DNA of 63,889 nt, counting the filler, from Bilabrum cf. latius (taxonomy: Eukaryota), in the NCBI GenBank assembly GCA_965178125.1. It is 3 parts of 3 records of this genome, joined end to end, with 100 filler letters (N's around TTAATTAATTAA, not from the genome) between each part and the next. Parts side by side here need not be neighbours in the genome. Positions count along the whole stretch, not along the records: positions 48,679 to 63,889 come from CBCXTV010000056.1; 2 more parts are not named here. The stretch is one strand, 5' to 3'. The notes beneath the pieces are model-generated. The model saw only the letters and a program-made list of their open reading frames with translations. It was not told the DNA's origin and searched no databases. Each line of letters starts with the position of its first letter. The first letter of the stretch is position 1. Below are positions 48,993 to 59,960 of the stretch, piece after piece. The position numbers were made by a program, and so were the translations under genes.

Positions 48993-50594
48993 TCACGGCA
49001 TGGCCGCCGAGGGGTGAGCGCGATCGCGGGGGGTCCATCCGTTTAGTCTGCGGCCACGAGGCACGCGGCGAGCGTTACCACCGTGGACGCCTCCGTCGAC
49101 CGCGTGTCCGGACGCGACTGGGGCCCTGTTGATGAGCGCATCGTGCGGGAGAGGCTGCTGCGGACTGCTGATGAAGCGGAGCTGGTCGACAGACGGAGCA
49201 TCGCTGGAGATGTCCTCCATGTCACACTCAAACAAGCGCCGTAGGGTCGAATGCAAGCGGCGCCTGCCGCTGGTAATGCCTGTCATATCGAAAGCGCCTT
49301 GCCACGAGCCAGACGAGAGCACTCTCTTCGTGCACTCAGCGACAACCCTGAGATGGCAAGAGACATCGACATGACCCGCTTCATGACGCGAGCGCTCCTG
49401 CATCCACGTCTCCCGAAGGTCGCGCTTAAGAAGCTGAAAGACGAGAACGTCCAACGGCTGAAGCAGGAAGGTGAGTCGACCAGGAATAAACACGAGATCC
49501 ATGCCAAGGCCGTGTGCGAAGTTCACAATCTCAGTGGAAATGTGTTGGGGCGCGCAGTCAAGTATCACTATTGGATAGATCTCATGCTGAATGTCCATCC
49601 AAGAAGCGAAAAGCCGACGCAGAATGTCGAACATGAGGGACTGCGTCACCCACGAGCTCTCTCGGGCCCAGACTTCCATTCCGTCCACCATTTGGTTCGG
49701 CGCCCCACGCATCAAGCGCTTGCTCAGCCGCGTGTGCTTCCCGATGAGTATACGCGGGAGTCGTCGCTGGATTTCCGGGCAGTCGCTAATAAAACCCAGA
49801 AAGGTGTACGATCCTCGATTGCTATTCGAGGCGAGGCGCTCCGTGCGCGAACCAAGCGAAGCGGGCTCCGTTCCTGACCTCGGTGCGATGTACCCGCGCA
49901 TTCCCGGAAAGGCAAAGGGCACGCTGGACTCATCGAAATTCACAAAGACGAGGCGGCGGTTGGGGGGCACTCGCGCTTCTGCGAATTCAATCCACTGATA
50001 GAAGACACGACACGCGAGTCTGACGTAATCGAGTGTTACCGGGGGCTGCTTCTTCAATCGGCCATGCCGAAGCCGCCAACGACGACGGAAGCGCAGGAGC
50101 CACTGCCGTCGAGCCGAGTCCTTCCCCGCGCGAACGCCCATCCTCGCAAGCATGGCGAAAACCATGTTCCCAGTTGGAGCACACCCACGCTGCTCGTTCA
50201 CATGGTCGATCCAAGCAACGACAGAAGCCTCGGCGAGAAAGGTCTCTGCGCGTGCCACGGACTCTCGATGACATGAGCGAAGAGGATTTCGCTGCCACGC
50301 CTCAGCTGGGCGCCTCATGGTGAGCGCGACCTCCTCATCGACCTGCCTTTGAAACTCCTCCTGCGAAGCCGTCCGCGTGGAAACCTGTCGACTCTGCAAC
50401 TGACGAGAGACATAGGTTCGAAGAGCTGCCTCGCCACCGCCGGGGTGATGACGAATAACCTCAGCGACCTGTGCCTCCATGGCGCGCAACCACGGATGGC
50501 GCAGCCCATTGCGCGCCCGTTGTCTCGCGTCTCTGAGACACTTCAGCTCCTTACTGATCCGTGCGAGCTGATCCGGCACCGAAGCAGAGGACAT
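48993..50594 (-). mobile_element. pogo/Tigger-like (CENP-B HTH + DDE_1) transposase ORF
   Basis: Intact ORF with WLLRFRRRW, VNFDES, SSWVT, ILDCAPQH and FIPGRLTFLLQPLDV..F..LK motifs (DDD triad). First ATG at 50594. TIRs not identified. Confidence 0.88.
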
Positions 50595-51168
50595 TATGAC
50601 GCGTGAGGAACCGGGCAGAAGATCGCTCACAGCCGAAACGACGCGGACGGACCCGCTGCCAAGCTTCGCACTGCCTGTGGCCTCTGAAGATACCCGGGAG
50701 GGATAGGACGCAGGCGGGGAGCGAGAGCAAGCGAATGCCTTCCTGTCGCTGGAGGAGTGCTCAAAGCTGAAGACGCACGGGAAGCACCCGCTCTGCTGCG
50801 GTCACACTGGCGCAAGCGAGACAAAACCAGGGAGCGGGATAGACACGTGCACAGCATTGAATACACCTCGCAGCATTGCGAGCGCGGTTTCTCGCCTGCG
50901 CTGAGCTGCCACTCTGCTCTCGTGCGGACGACATTGGCAACGGCAGCGCGTAGCTGCCAACTGGCCATGCACGGGTACTGTATCGGCCACGGCAGCGCTG
51001 AGCTGCCAATTTCGGGTCGAGGAGCTCTCCTGAGGAAGACGAGGCCGGGAACTTTCGGCGAACACGCACACCCACCACCGCCCGGCACATGCGACGGCAA
51101 GCAATGTAAGGAACGACGTTGCGCGATCGAATCTCGACAGGAGGCTCCGATGCAGGAGCTGCCGAGGA

Positions 51169-51714
51169 CTAGGCACCGCCGGCGCCCGCCGCGCCGCTGG
51201 GGAGGACGACGGTCGGCGGCGGCGAGTCCTCGGAACCCATGTCGTCTGATCCTGAGGAATCCAGCACAGTTGAGGCAGTCTCGGTCATCTCCCAGTCCGT
51301 ACGCACCTCAACGATGAGACGACGCGGAGGAGCAGCGACTGCTGTGTCAGGTCCGTGGATGACGCCTCCGTCCACAAGACGGAAAGACCTACCCGCAACG
51401 GAGCCGCTTGCGCCAGACATCGCACGCCGAATCACGGGATCAAAGTCTGCATAGAACCGAGGAGCCTCATCGCGCAACAGGCCTGAGAGCAGCCTGATCA
51501 CACTTTGGGCGTACTCCAGCTGAGCGCTCAAGCTTTCCGCACGCTGCTGCATGTTCTCGAAGCGCTGCTGCAGGTTCGACACCGCTGTCGAGTGAGGACT
51601 AGGCGGGGCGGGGTTTGGGCGCTGCGGGGTCGCCACCGCGCGACGCGGCGACCTATCGCGGACAAAGGACGTCACCTCGTTCCGCGTCATGCTGCCGCAC
51701 CTCTCCTTCCTCAC
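51169..51714 (-). CDS. Hypothetical protein with a short coiled-coil segment
   Basis: SNLQQRFENMQQRAESLSAQLEYAQSVIRLL heptad pattern; no known domain. Confidence 0.35.
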   Translation of the reverse strand: MRKERCGSMTRNEVTSFVRDRSPRRAVATPQRPNPAPPSPHSTAVSNLQQRFENMQQRAESLSAQLEYAQSVIRLLSGLLRDEAPRFYADFDPVIRRAMSGASGSVAGRSFRLVDGGVIHGPDTAVAAPPRRLIVEVRTDWEMTETASTVLDSSGSDDMGSEDSPPPTVVLPSGAAGAGGA

Positions 51715-52600
51715 ATTGACTCGAGCCGAATCGAAACTTGCAGGGACAGACGATCCTTTACCCTAGCGCTCCCCACATCGGGCATGAGTGGAATCCGAAC
51801 CAGCGCACGGCATCCCACAGGAGTTCGCACCGGGCTTGCCTCATGAGGAATCTTCCTGCGCGAAGAGGTAAAGCCACGGACAGAAGTCAGAGGTCGCGGG
51901 ATGACACTCCAGCATACATGAGCTGCCCGCTGAATCCGCCGCCCCGAGCCCCAAGCTGACAATCGAGGTAACAAAGTAGGAATGAGCAGGCGGGGGCGAT
52001 GCCACTACGTCTCGCCGAACAGCCTGCCTCGCATGCGCTGTGCTGAAGACCTTATGGGAACCAGGAAGTGTGAACGTCTGTCACGTGAGGCGGAAGGGCT
52101 CCCACTGCATCACACCCCCTCTCCGGAATGGGATTGGGGCGCTGTGGGGTCGCCACCGCGCGACGCGGCGACCTATCGCGGACAAAGGACTTCACCTCGG
52201 TCCGCGTCATGCTGCCGCACCTCGCCGAATCGAAACTTGCAGGGACAGACGATCCTTTACCCAGCGCTCCCCACCCCGGGGATGAGTGGAAGCCGCACCA
52301 GCGCACGGCATCCCACGCGAGTTCGGACCGGGCTTGCCTCATGAGGAATCTTCCTGCGCGAAGAGGTAAAGCCACGAACAGAAGTCAGAGGGTCGCGGGA
52401 TGACACTCTAGGCACACATGAGCTGCCCGCAGAATCCTCCGCCCCAAGCTCCGAGCTCACAATCGAGGTAACAAAGTAGGAATCAGCAGGCGGATGCTTT
52501 GCCACTCCGTCTCGCCAAACAGCCTGCCGGGGAACCAGGAAGTGTGGACGACTGCCACGTGAGGCGGAAGCGCTCCCACCACATCACACCCTTCCCAGGC
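51618..52600 (+). repeat. Diverged tandem duplication (~475-520-bp period)
   Basis: 51618/52138, 51960/52460 and 52057/52530 are homologous anchors. Confidence 0.85.
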
Positions 52601-52791
52601 AAGATATCTAGAGAGCTGCCCAATCCTGCACGAGAAACTCGGATTTTCACACTCTGCCGACCATATCGTTCCCAATCAAACGACCGTGCTCGTCCGACGT
52701 CGCGCTCACCTCGGCGCAAGGATGACTCACTCGCGCTCTTCCTTCCGGAGCGCCCTCACAGTACGACGGACCCATTCGGGAAGCTCCCGCG

Positions 52792-53800
52792 TCACGCTGG
52801 CATCGTGAGGAGGAACCTTTCCGCATTCTGGAGAAGCTCCATGGCCCGCTTGATGTCATCCAAGGCCTCGTCACGCGAAGAAACTCTGACGCACGGCGTT
52901 GCTGCAGGAGGCGGCGCCTCCTGCAGGAAGCTCGTCGCGTGCGGGAGCACGAGCGTCGTTGTCGCCGTCACCGGTATTCGCGCCAGCTTTTGGCACCCAA
53001 CGCTTCGCTTCACCCGCAGAGGAACGGACATCATGGAGACTCCAGCCACGCGCAACCAGGCACTTCGCGCACCAGTCCTCAGGGAAGAAATAGCGCAAGT
53101 TCTCCTTCTTCCGGCGGATCTGGGGAAATCGGTACGCCGGATACTCGTTTTTGCAGCTCTTGCACCACACCCACCACGGCGTCGCGTTGTCGAACTTGTC
53201 GCAACACACCCGGCAAACTGGTTGGATCCAGTCCTTCCACTTCTTAAAGTACGCCGACCGGGGCTTGCAGCACTGGCACGCGTTGCAAGTCCATGTCGCC
53301 TCCTCCGCCGGCTCCGACGCGACCTGCCGCAGCACGTACGTCTCCCCCCATGACGACTTCGCAGGGGTCCCCCATTGATCCCAGCTATCAGCGCCAGAGA
53401 CCGCCCCGGCTGCCACGCCGCCACCCGCCTTCCAAGCTGCTGCGTTGGTCCATACGTCGTCATTACCTCCGGGCACCACAGCACGTCCACCGCCGCGAGC
53501 ATCCTCCTCCTCCGTCTTCTTGCCGCCGTCGTCTTCGGCGTCCTCCTTCGGCGCTGCCTTGCCGCTCTCCTCTCCGAGCATCCCCGTGGACGCCGCCTCC
53601 GCGCCGCCGCTCTCGATGTGGGGGCCGAGCGAATCATCGACGCTTGCCGCCGCGCCGGCGTGCTCCGCCGGCGCGTCGACCTCGCGCGCCAACATGCCGC
53701 CCTCGTTTCCCATATCACCGGCGCCTCGACGCGCACGAAGATTGCGGCCGTCTCCCAAGGAAACAGCAATGCTCTCGGACGGTTTCTCCTCAGACATCAT
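52792..53800 (-). pseudogene. Cys-rich zinc-finger-like protein, copy 1 (frameshifted, truncated)
   Basis: WTCNACQCCK...CRVCCD...WCKSCK...WCAKC; 52815-53960 is duplicated at 57113-58260 (offset 4299). Confidence 0.55.
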
Positions 53801-54034
53801 CGGCAAAGAGACTCGGAGAATGCCGTTCCCGCAGAGTGCGCTGCTGACTGCCGAAGCCGAAAGAGGACCCGCGGAGAAGGAATCTCGCACATGCTCCCAG
53901 GAAAAGCAACTCCCCGCCCATTCCGAATGCAAGAACGGACTCCCGCCCTTTCCGAGATCGAGAGCGCATCGCGGGCGCATTTCCCGACTCGCGATCGGCC
54001 TCGGAAACCGACCACGAATCGGTAGGAGACGTGC

Positions 54035-54370
54035 GCCCGCGTTTGAAGAATACGCGGAGAAATACGAAGCCAAGGACACGAGCATCTCCCGGGCACCTTT
54101 CCCGACTCGCAGCCGGTCTCAGAGACGACCACGAATCGGCACGACAAGTGCGCCCGATTTCGTCCCCCGAAAAAGGACACAACTAGGACCCCGCGGAGAT
54201 CCGCATCTGCTCCTCACGCGCGGAACGTGTTTCGGTACGCAAAAAGCGGTCACATGGGAGGCCCGGAAAGCGTCCGGAAAACGGTTCAGAAATAGTACCG
54301 TCGTTTTCCGGGTCACCTTTTTCGGTCTCGAAATGGGAATCGGATTTGGGACAGGAATTGAAGCGGAGAA
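54035..54370 (+). repeat. ~335-bp segment duplicated at 55615-55948
   Basis: gcccgcgtttgaagaata...gggacaggaattgaagcggagaa is present twice. Confidence 0.9.
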
Positions 54371-54388
54371 GGGCCACTCTAGGGCCTC

Positions 54389-55292
54389 CCGGGAGCCCTC
54401 TTGGGGCCCCCAAACAGCAAAACAAACCCCGGGGCCCGAACTGTGTCGCCGCAACTTAAATTCCTTGTGTGGATCGGCCATTTTGGGCCAAATCCTGGGG
54501 GGGTCCCCTTCCGGGCCCCCCAAAACGCTCAAAAAAAACACCACAACGTGGCGTTTGGCGTCTTTTTAGGGCGGTTTAGGGGCTCTAAAATCCACTACAA
54601 CGTGGCGTTTTGCGTCTCTTTGGGGCGATTTAGGGCTCTAAAATCCACGACAACGTGGCGTTTTGCGTCTTTTTTGGGCGATTTAGGGCTCTAAAATCCA
54701 CCACAACGTGGCGTTTTGCGTCGTTTGGGGCTGCCTGGGGCCCATTTTTCCACCACAACCTCGCGTTTTGCCCTTTTTGGGGCCGGGAGCCCTCTCGGGG
54801 CCCCCAAACCGCAAAAACAAACCGGGGCCCGAACTGTGTCGCCGCAACTTAAAGTCCTTGTGTGGATCGGCCATTTTTGGCCAAATCCTGGGGGGGTCCC
54901 CTTCCGAGCCCCCCGAAAACGCTCAAAAAAAACACCACAACGTGGCGTTTTGCGTCTTTTTTGGGCGATTTAGGGGCTCTAAAATCCACTACAACGTGGC
55001 GTTTTGCGTCTTTTTTGGCGATTTAGGGGCTCTAAAATCCACCACCACGTGGCGTTTTGCGTCTTTTTTGGGCGATTTAGGGGCTCTAAAATCCACCACA
55101 ACGTGGCGTTTTGCGTCGTTTGGAGACTCCTTGGGGCCCATTTTTTCCACCACAACCTCGCGTTTTGCCCTTTTTGGGGCCGGGAGCCCTCTTGGGGCCC
55201 CGAAACAGCCAAAAAAAAGCCAGGGTCCGAGCTGTGTCGCCGCAACTTAAATTCCTTGTGCGGATCGGCCATTTTTGGCGAAATCCTGGGGG
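54389..55292 (+). repeat. Nested repeat block: ~2.5 units of ~390-415 bp, each holding ~53-bp CCACAACGTGGCGTTTTGCGTC subrepeats
   Basis: Anchor ctgtgtcgccgcaacttaaa at 54441, 54834 and 55232; several ctctaaaatccacNacaacgtggcgttttgcgtc copies. Confidence 0.9.
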
Positions 55293-55372
55293 CCGGCGCA
55301 AGTGAAATCCTCCTGAGGTACCACTTCAAGCCCATGCCGACGTGGAGGGGGACCACAAATGCGTTGTCTGCT

Positions 55373-55569
55373 CAGTGCGCTGGGTAGGTCCGCAGGTCAA
55401 GGAGGCGTTCGCAGTTATAGACGCAGGTGGGGTTTGCGAGCTGCCGGCCGACATGCTCATGTGGTGACCTCCGGTCACCACATGAGCATGTCGGCCGGCA
55501 GCTCGCAAACTCCACCTACGTCTATAACTGCGAGCGCCTCCTTGACCTGCGGACCTACCCAGCGCACTG
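55373..55569. repeat. Long inverted repeat (97-bp arms, 3-nt loop)
   Basis: 55373-55469 is the reverse complement of 55473-55569, with three mismatches. Confidence 0.95.
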
Positions 55570-56549
55570 CACGACGGACCCACTCGGGAAGCTCCCGCGC
55601 AGGAGCCACTGCCGCCCGCGTTTGAAGAATATGCGGAGAAATACGAAGCCAAGGACACAAGCATCTCGGGCACCTTTCCCGACTCGCAGCCGGTTTCAGA
55701 GACGACCACAAATCGGCACGAGAAGTGCGCCCGATTTCGTCCCCGAAAAAAGACACAAATAGGACCCCGCGGAGATCCGCATCTGCTCCTCACGCGCGGA
55801 ACGTGTTTCGGTACGCAAAAAGCGGTCACATGGGAGACCCGGAAAGCGTCCGGAAAACGGTTCAGAAATAAGTACCGTCGTTTTCCGGGTCACCTTTTTC
55901 GGTCTCGAAATGGGAATCGGATTTGGGACAGGAATTGAAGCGGAGAACGGACCCCAAGGTGTTACCTCTTGCCTCCATACGATGCTAGGATCTCCAGGTT
56001 TCTCAGTTTTAGGCATCACTCGAAGGGGAAGCTTCCGACGGCGCGCCTATGACATGCTGCCACCCATCACCGTGGTCATCTGGAGGACTCCGCACCATTC
56101 GGAAAACGGCTCGCCCGCCGTGAGTGAACCAGCGATCGCCGTGTGCATCAGTAGGACCCCCGCACCATTCGGAAAACGGCTCGCCCGCCGTAAGTGAAAT
56201 GGCGTCCCGAAGGACCCGTGCTCCTTTTGAAAAACGGCTCGCCCGCCGTGTGTTCCCGAGATCCTCCAGCCACGCCACCAGTCAATGTTCTCGCTCGCCG
56301 TTACGTCATGGAGCCCCACGAAGTCGTGCAGATGATCAGGGCGATACCGTGAGCATCCTCCTTCTCCGTCTTCTTGCCGCCGTCGTACAGCCTGGCCGCG
56401 ACACGATCTTGATGCCAAAACTCGAGGTTTCGCCGGCGTGCTCGTGAACACCGCACAAGTCTTCGTAGGAGATGGGCACGCGCTCTGTTTTTTCCCAGAC
56501 GAGACAACCCCCCAACTCAGGGCCGCGCACACGGACATCACGACGGACA

Positions 56550-58100
56550 TTACATACCGGCCCTTGGAACGTGTCGAAGATGCGGCGCCAGACGCAGCGT
56601 TCGAAGCTTCGGTTCGGGATCCGCATCTTCAGGAGCGCCTTCCTCCCCTCCGGGCTGATGAGATACCACTTTAGGCCCATGCCCACGTGGAAGGGGACCA
56701 CAAATGTGTTGTCTACCCAGTGCGCCGGATAGGTCCGCACGTCCAAGAGGCGCTCGCAGTTGTGCATGAGGTGAGTTTCCGCGCTGGAGGCTGACCATTC
56801 TCGGTGCTTCTGACCCCGCTAACATGGCCATCTGCGTCACCTTGGGGTTTCGCGATGGCGTGAAGAACTACGAGTAGCCGATCCACGCATGCTTCGCGAG
56901 GTTCGATATCATCCTCGACAACCATGAGCCATTCCGTCGGCCCACAGCCATGCGTTTCGATAGGATTGGATCGCCCCAAGAGTGGCCGGATGGTATTTGA
57001 TCCAGTCCGTTATCTTGCCGGAGAAGATATCCAAGAGGGCCTGGTCTTTGACGATGCCCTGCATCAACTGGTCCTGCACCGCACACTGCATGCACGATGG
57101 CATCGCGGAGATGAATTTCTCCGCATTCCGGAGAAGCTCCATGGCCCGGTTGATGTCATCCAAGGCCTCGTCACGCGAAGAACTCTGATGCACGGCGTTG
57201 CTGCAGGAGGCGGCGCCTCCTGCAGGAAGCTCGTCGCGTGCGGGAGCACGAGCGTCGTTGTCGCCGTCACCGGTATTCGCGCCAGCTTTTGGCACCCAAC
57301 GCTTCGCTTCACCCGCAGAGGAACGGACATCATGGAGACTCCAGCCACGCGCAACCAGGCACTTCGCGCACCAGTCCTCAGGGAAGAAATAGCGCAAGTT
57401 CTCCTTCTTCCGGCGGATCTGGGGAAATCGGTACGCCGGATACTCGTTTTTGCAGTTCTTGCACCACACCCACCACGGCGTCGCGTTGTCGAACTTGTCG
57501 CAACACACCCGGCAAACTGGTTGGATCCAGTCCTTCCACTTCTTGAAGTACGCCGACCGGGGCTTGCAGCACTGGCACGCGTTGCAAGTCCATGTCGCCT
57601 CCTCCGCCGGCTCCGACGCGACCTGCCGCGGCACGTACGTCTCCCCCCATGACGACTTCGCAGGGGTCCCCCATAGAGCCCAGCTATCAGCGCCAGAGAC
57701 CGCCCCGGCTGCCACGCCGCCACCCGCCTTCCAAGCTGCTGCGTCGGTCCATACGTCGTCATTACCTCCGGGCACCACAGCACGTCCACCGCCGCGAGCA
57801 TCCTCCTCCTCCGTCTTCTTGCCGCCGTCGTCTTCGGCGTCCTCCTTCGGCGCTGCCTTGCCGCTCTCCTCTCCGAGCATCCCCGTGGACGCCGCCTCCG
57901 CGCCGCCGCTCTCGATGTGGGGGCCGCCCGAATCATCGACGCTTGCCGCCGCGCCGGCGTGCTCCGCCGGCGCGTCGACCTCGCGCGCCAACATGCCGCC
58001 CTCGTTTCCCATATCACCGGCGCCTCGACGCCCACGAAGATTGCGGCCGTCTCCCAAGGAAACAGCAATGCTTTCAGACGGTTTCTCCTCAGACATCATC
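56550..58100 (-). pseudogene. Cys-rich zinc-finger region followed by a frameshifted glycosyltransferase family 25-like region
   Basis: Zinc-finger copy 2 continues into PATLGAIQSYRNAW; after frameshifts come WLMVVEDDIEP and GMGLKWYLISPEGRKALL, matching the order of GT25 motifs GC..SH...W / LEDD / YlIS..GA.KLL. Confidence 0.5.
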
Positions 58101-58916
58101 GGCAAAGAGACTCGGAGAATGCCGTTCCCGCAGAGTGCGCTGCTGACTGCCGAAGCCGAAAGAGGACCCGCGGAGAAGGAATCTCGCACATGCTCCCAGG
58201 AAAAGCAACTCCCCGCCCATTCCGAATGCAAGAACGGACTCCCGCCCTTTCCGAGATCGAGGCCCGTCCCTCTTCCGGCGGATCTGGGGAAATCGGTACG
58301 CCGGAAACTCGTTTTTGCAGTTCTTGCACCTCACCCACCACGGCGTCGCGCTGTCGAACTTGTCGTAACACACCCGGCAAACTGGTTGGATCCAGTCCTT
58401 CCACTTCTTGAAGTACTCTGACCGGGGCTTAGGCCCTGGCACGCGTTGCAAGTCCATGTCGCCTCCTCCGCCGGCTCCGGCGCGACCTGTCACGGCACGT
58501 ACGGCCCCCCCCCTCCGCCGGGGCGTCGACCTCGCGCGCCAACATGCCGCCCTCGTTTCCCATATTACCGGCGCCTTGACGCCCACGAAGATTGCGGCCG
58601 TCTCCCAAGGAAACAGCAATGCTCTCGGACGGTTTCTCCTCAGACATCATCGGCAAAGAGACTCGGAGAATGCCCTGGCCCGACTTCCGGGGCAGGCCTG
58701 GCACTTGAGGTTGGTGATCACGGCCGACTGCTCCCCACCCAAATACCAGATCGTACGCGAGCGCAGCCTATGAGGAATCCACTGGCCCGACTTCCGGGGC
58801 ATTACCATCGCCAAGACCTTCGACTGCGGCGCGTCGATCTGCACCCTCGACCCGCAATCGCTGAGCGTAATGGCGTCGTCGAAGATCCACGTGCCGCCCC
58901 AAGCATGCCGCCTGCG

Positions 58917-59960
58917 CTGCTGCCGGGAGCTCCGGTTCGGTACCTTAAAGCCGTACACGACATTCGGCCTGCTGCCGGCCCAAATGAAATCCTCCGCCAC
59001 GCGACAACGATGCGACCTCTCGGAGTCCGTCATGCACACGTGGAAGTGCACCAGGTTTCCGGCGTGCTTGCGGTGCAGGGAGAGCTCCATTTTCGTCCCG
59101 CTGCCGCGCAAGGTCTGGGAAGAGCGTCCGCATGGCCGACATCATCCGGAGCCGGGCGTCCGCATGCTCGACATCATCCGGGGGATGTGCTCGAAGACCT
59201 TTTGGAATTCGCGGCTCACGAACGGATTGACGATGCTCTGCGTGCTTTCCGGGGGGATGTGCTCGAAGACCTTCTGGAATTCGCGGCTCACGAACGGATT
59301 GACGATGCTCTGCGTGCTTTCCGGGGGGATGTGCTCGAAGACCTTCTGGAACTCGCGGCTCACGAACGGATTGACGATGCTCTGCGTGCTTTCCGGGCGG
59401 ATGTCTCCGCCTGCGCTGCTGCCGGGAGCTCCGGTTCGGTACCTTAAAGCCGTACACGACATTCGGCCTGCTGCCGGCCCAAATGAAATCCTCCGCCACG
59501 CGACAACGATGCGACCTCTCGGAGTCCGTCATGCACACGTGGAAGTGCACCAGGTTTCCGGCGTGCTTGCGGTGCAGGGAGAGCTCCATTTTCGTCCCGC
59601 TGCCGCGCAAGGTCTGGGAAGAGCGTCCGCATGGCCGACATCATCCGGAGCAGGGCGTCCGCATGCTCGACATCATCCGGGGGATGTGCTCGAAGACCTT
59701 TTGGAATTCGCGGCTCACGAACGGATTGACGATGCTCTGCGTGCTTTCCGGGGGGATGTGCTCGAAGACCTTCTGGAATTCGCGGCTCACGAACGGATTG
59801 ACGATGCTCTGCGTGCTTTCCGGGGGGATGTGCTCGAAGACCTTCTGGAACTCGCGGCTCACGAACGGATTGACGATGCTCTGCGTGCTTTCCGGGCGGA
59901 TGTCTCGAAGACCTTTTGGAACTCGCGGCTCACGAACGGATTGACGACGCTCTGCGTGCT
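58917..59960 (+). repeat. 499-bp tandem duplication containing 3-4 x 57-bp subrepeats
   Basis: ORF-track duplicates at offset 499; subunit gggggatgtgctcgaagaccttctggaattcgcggctcacgaacggattgacgatgctctgcgtgctttcc. Confidence 0.9.

Noticed and set aside
54477-54492. GCCATTTTGG resembling a dinoflagellate spliced-leader relic
   Set aside because: Only 10 nt match, it sits inside a tandem repeat unit, and no gene start follows.
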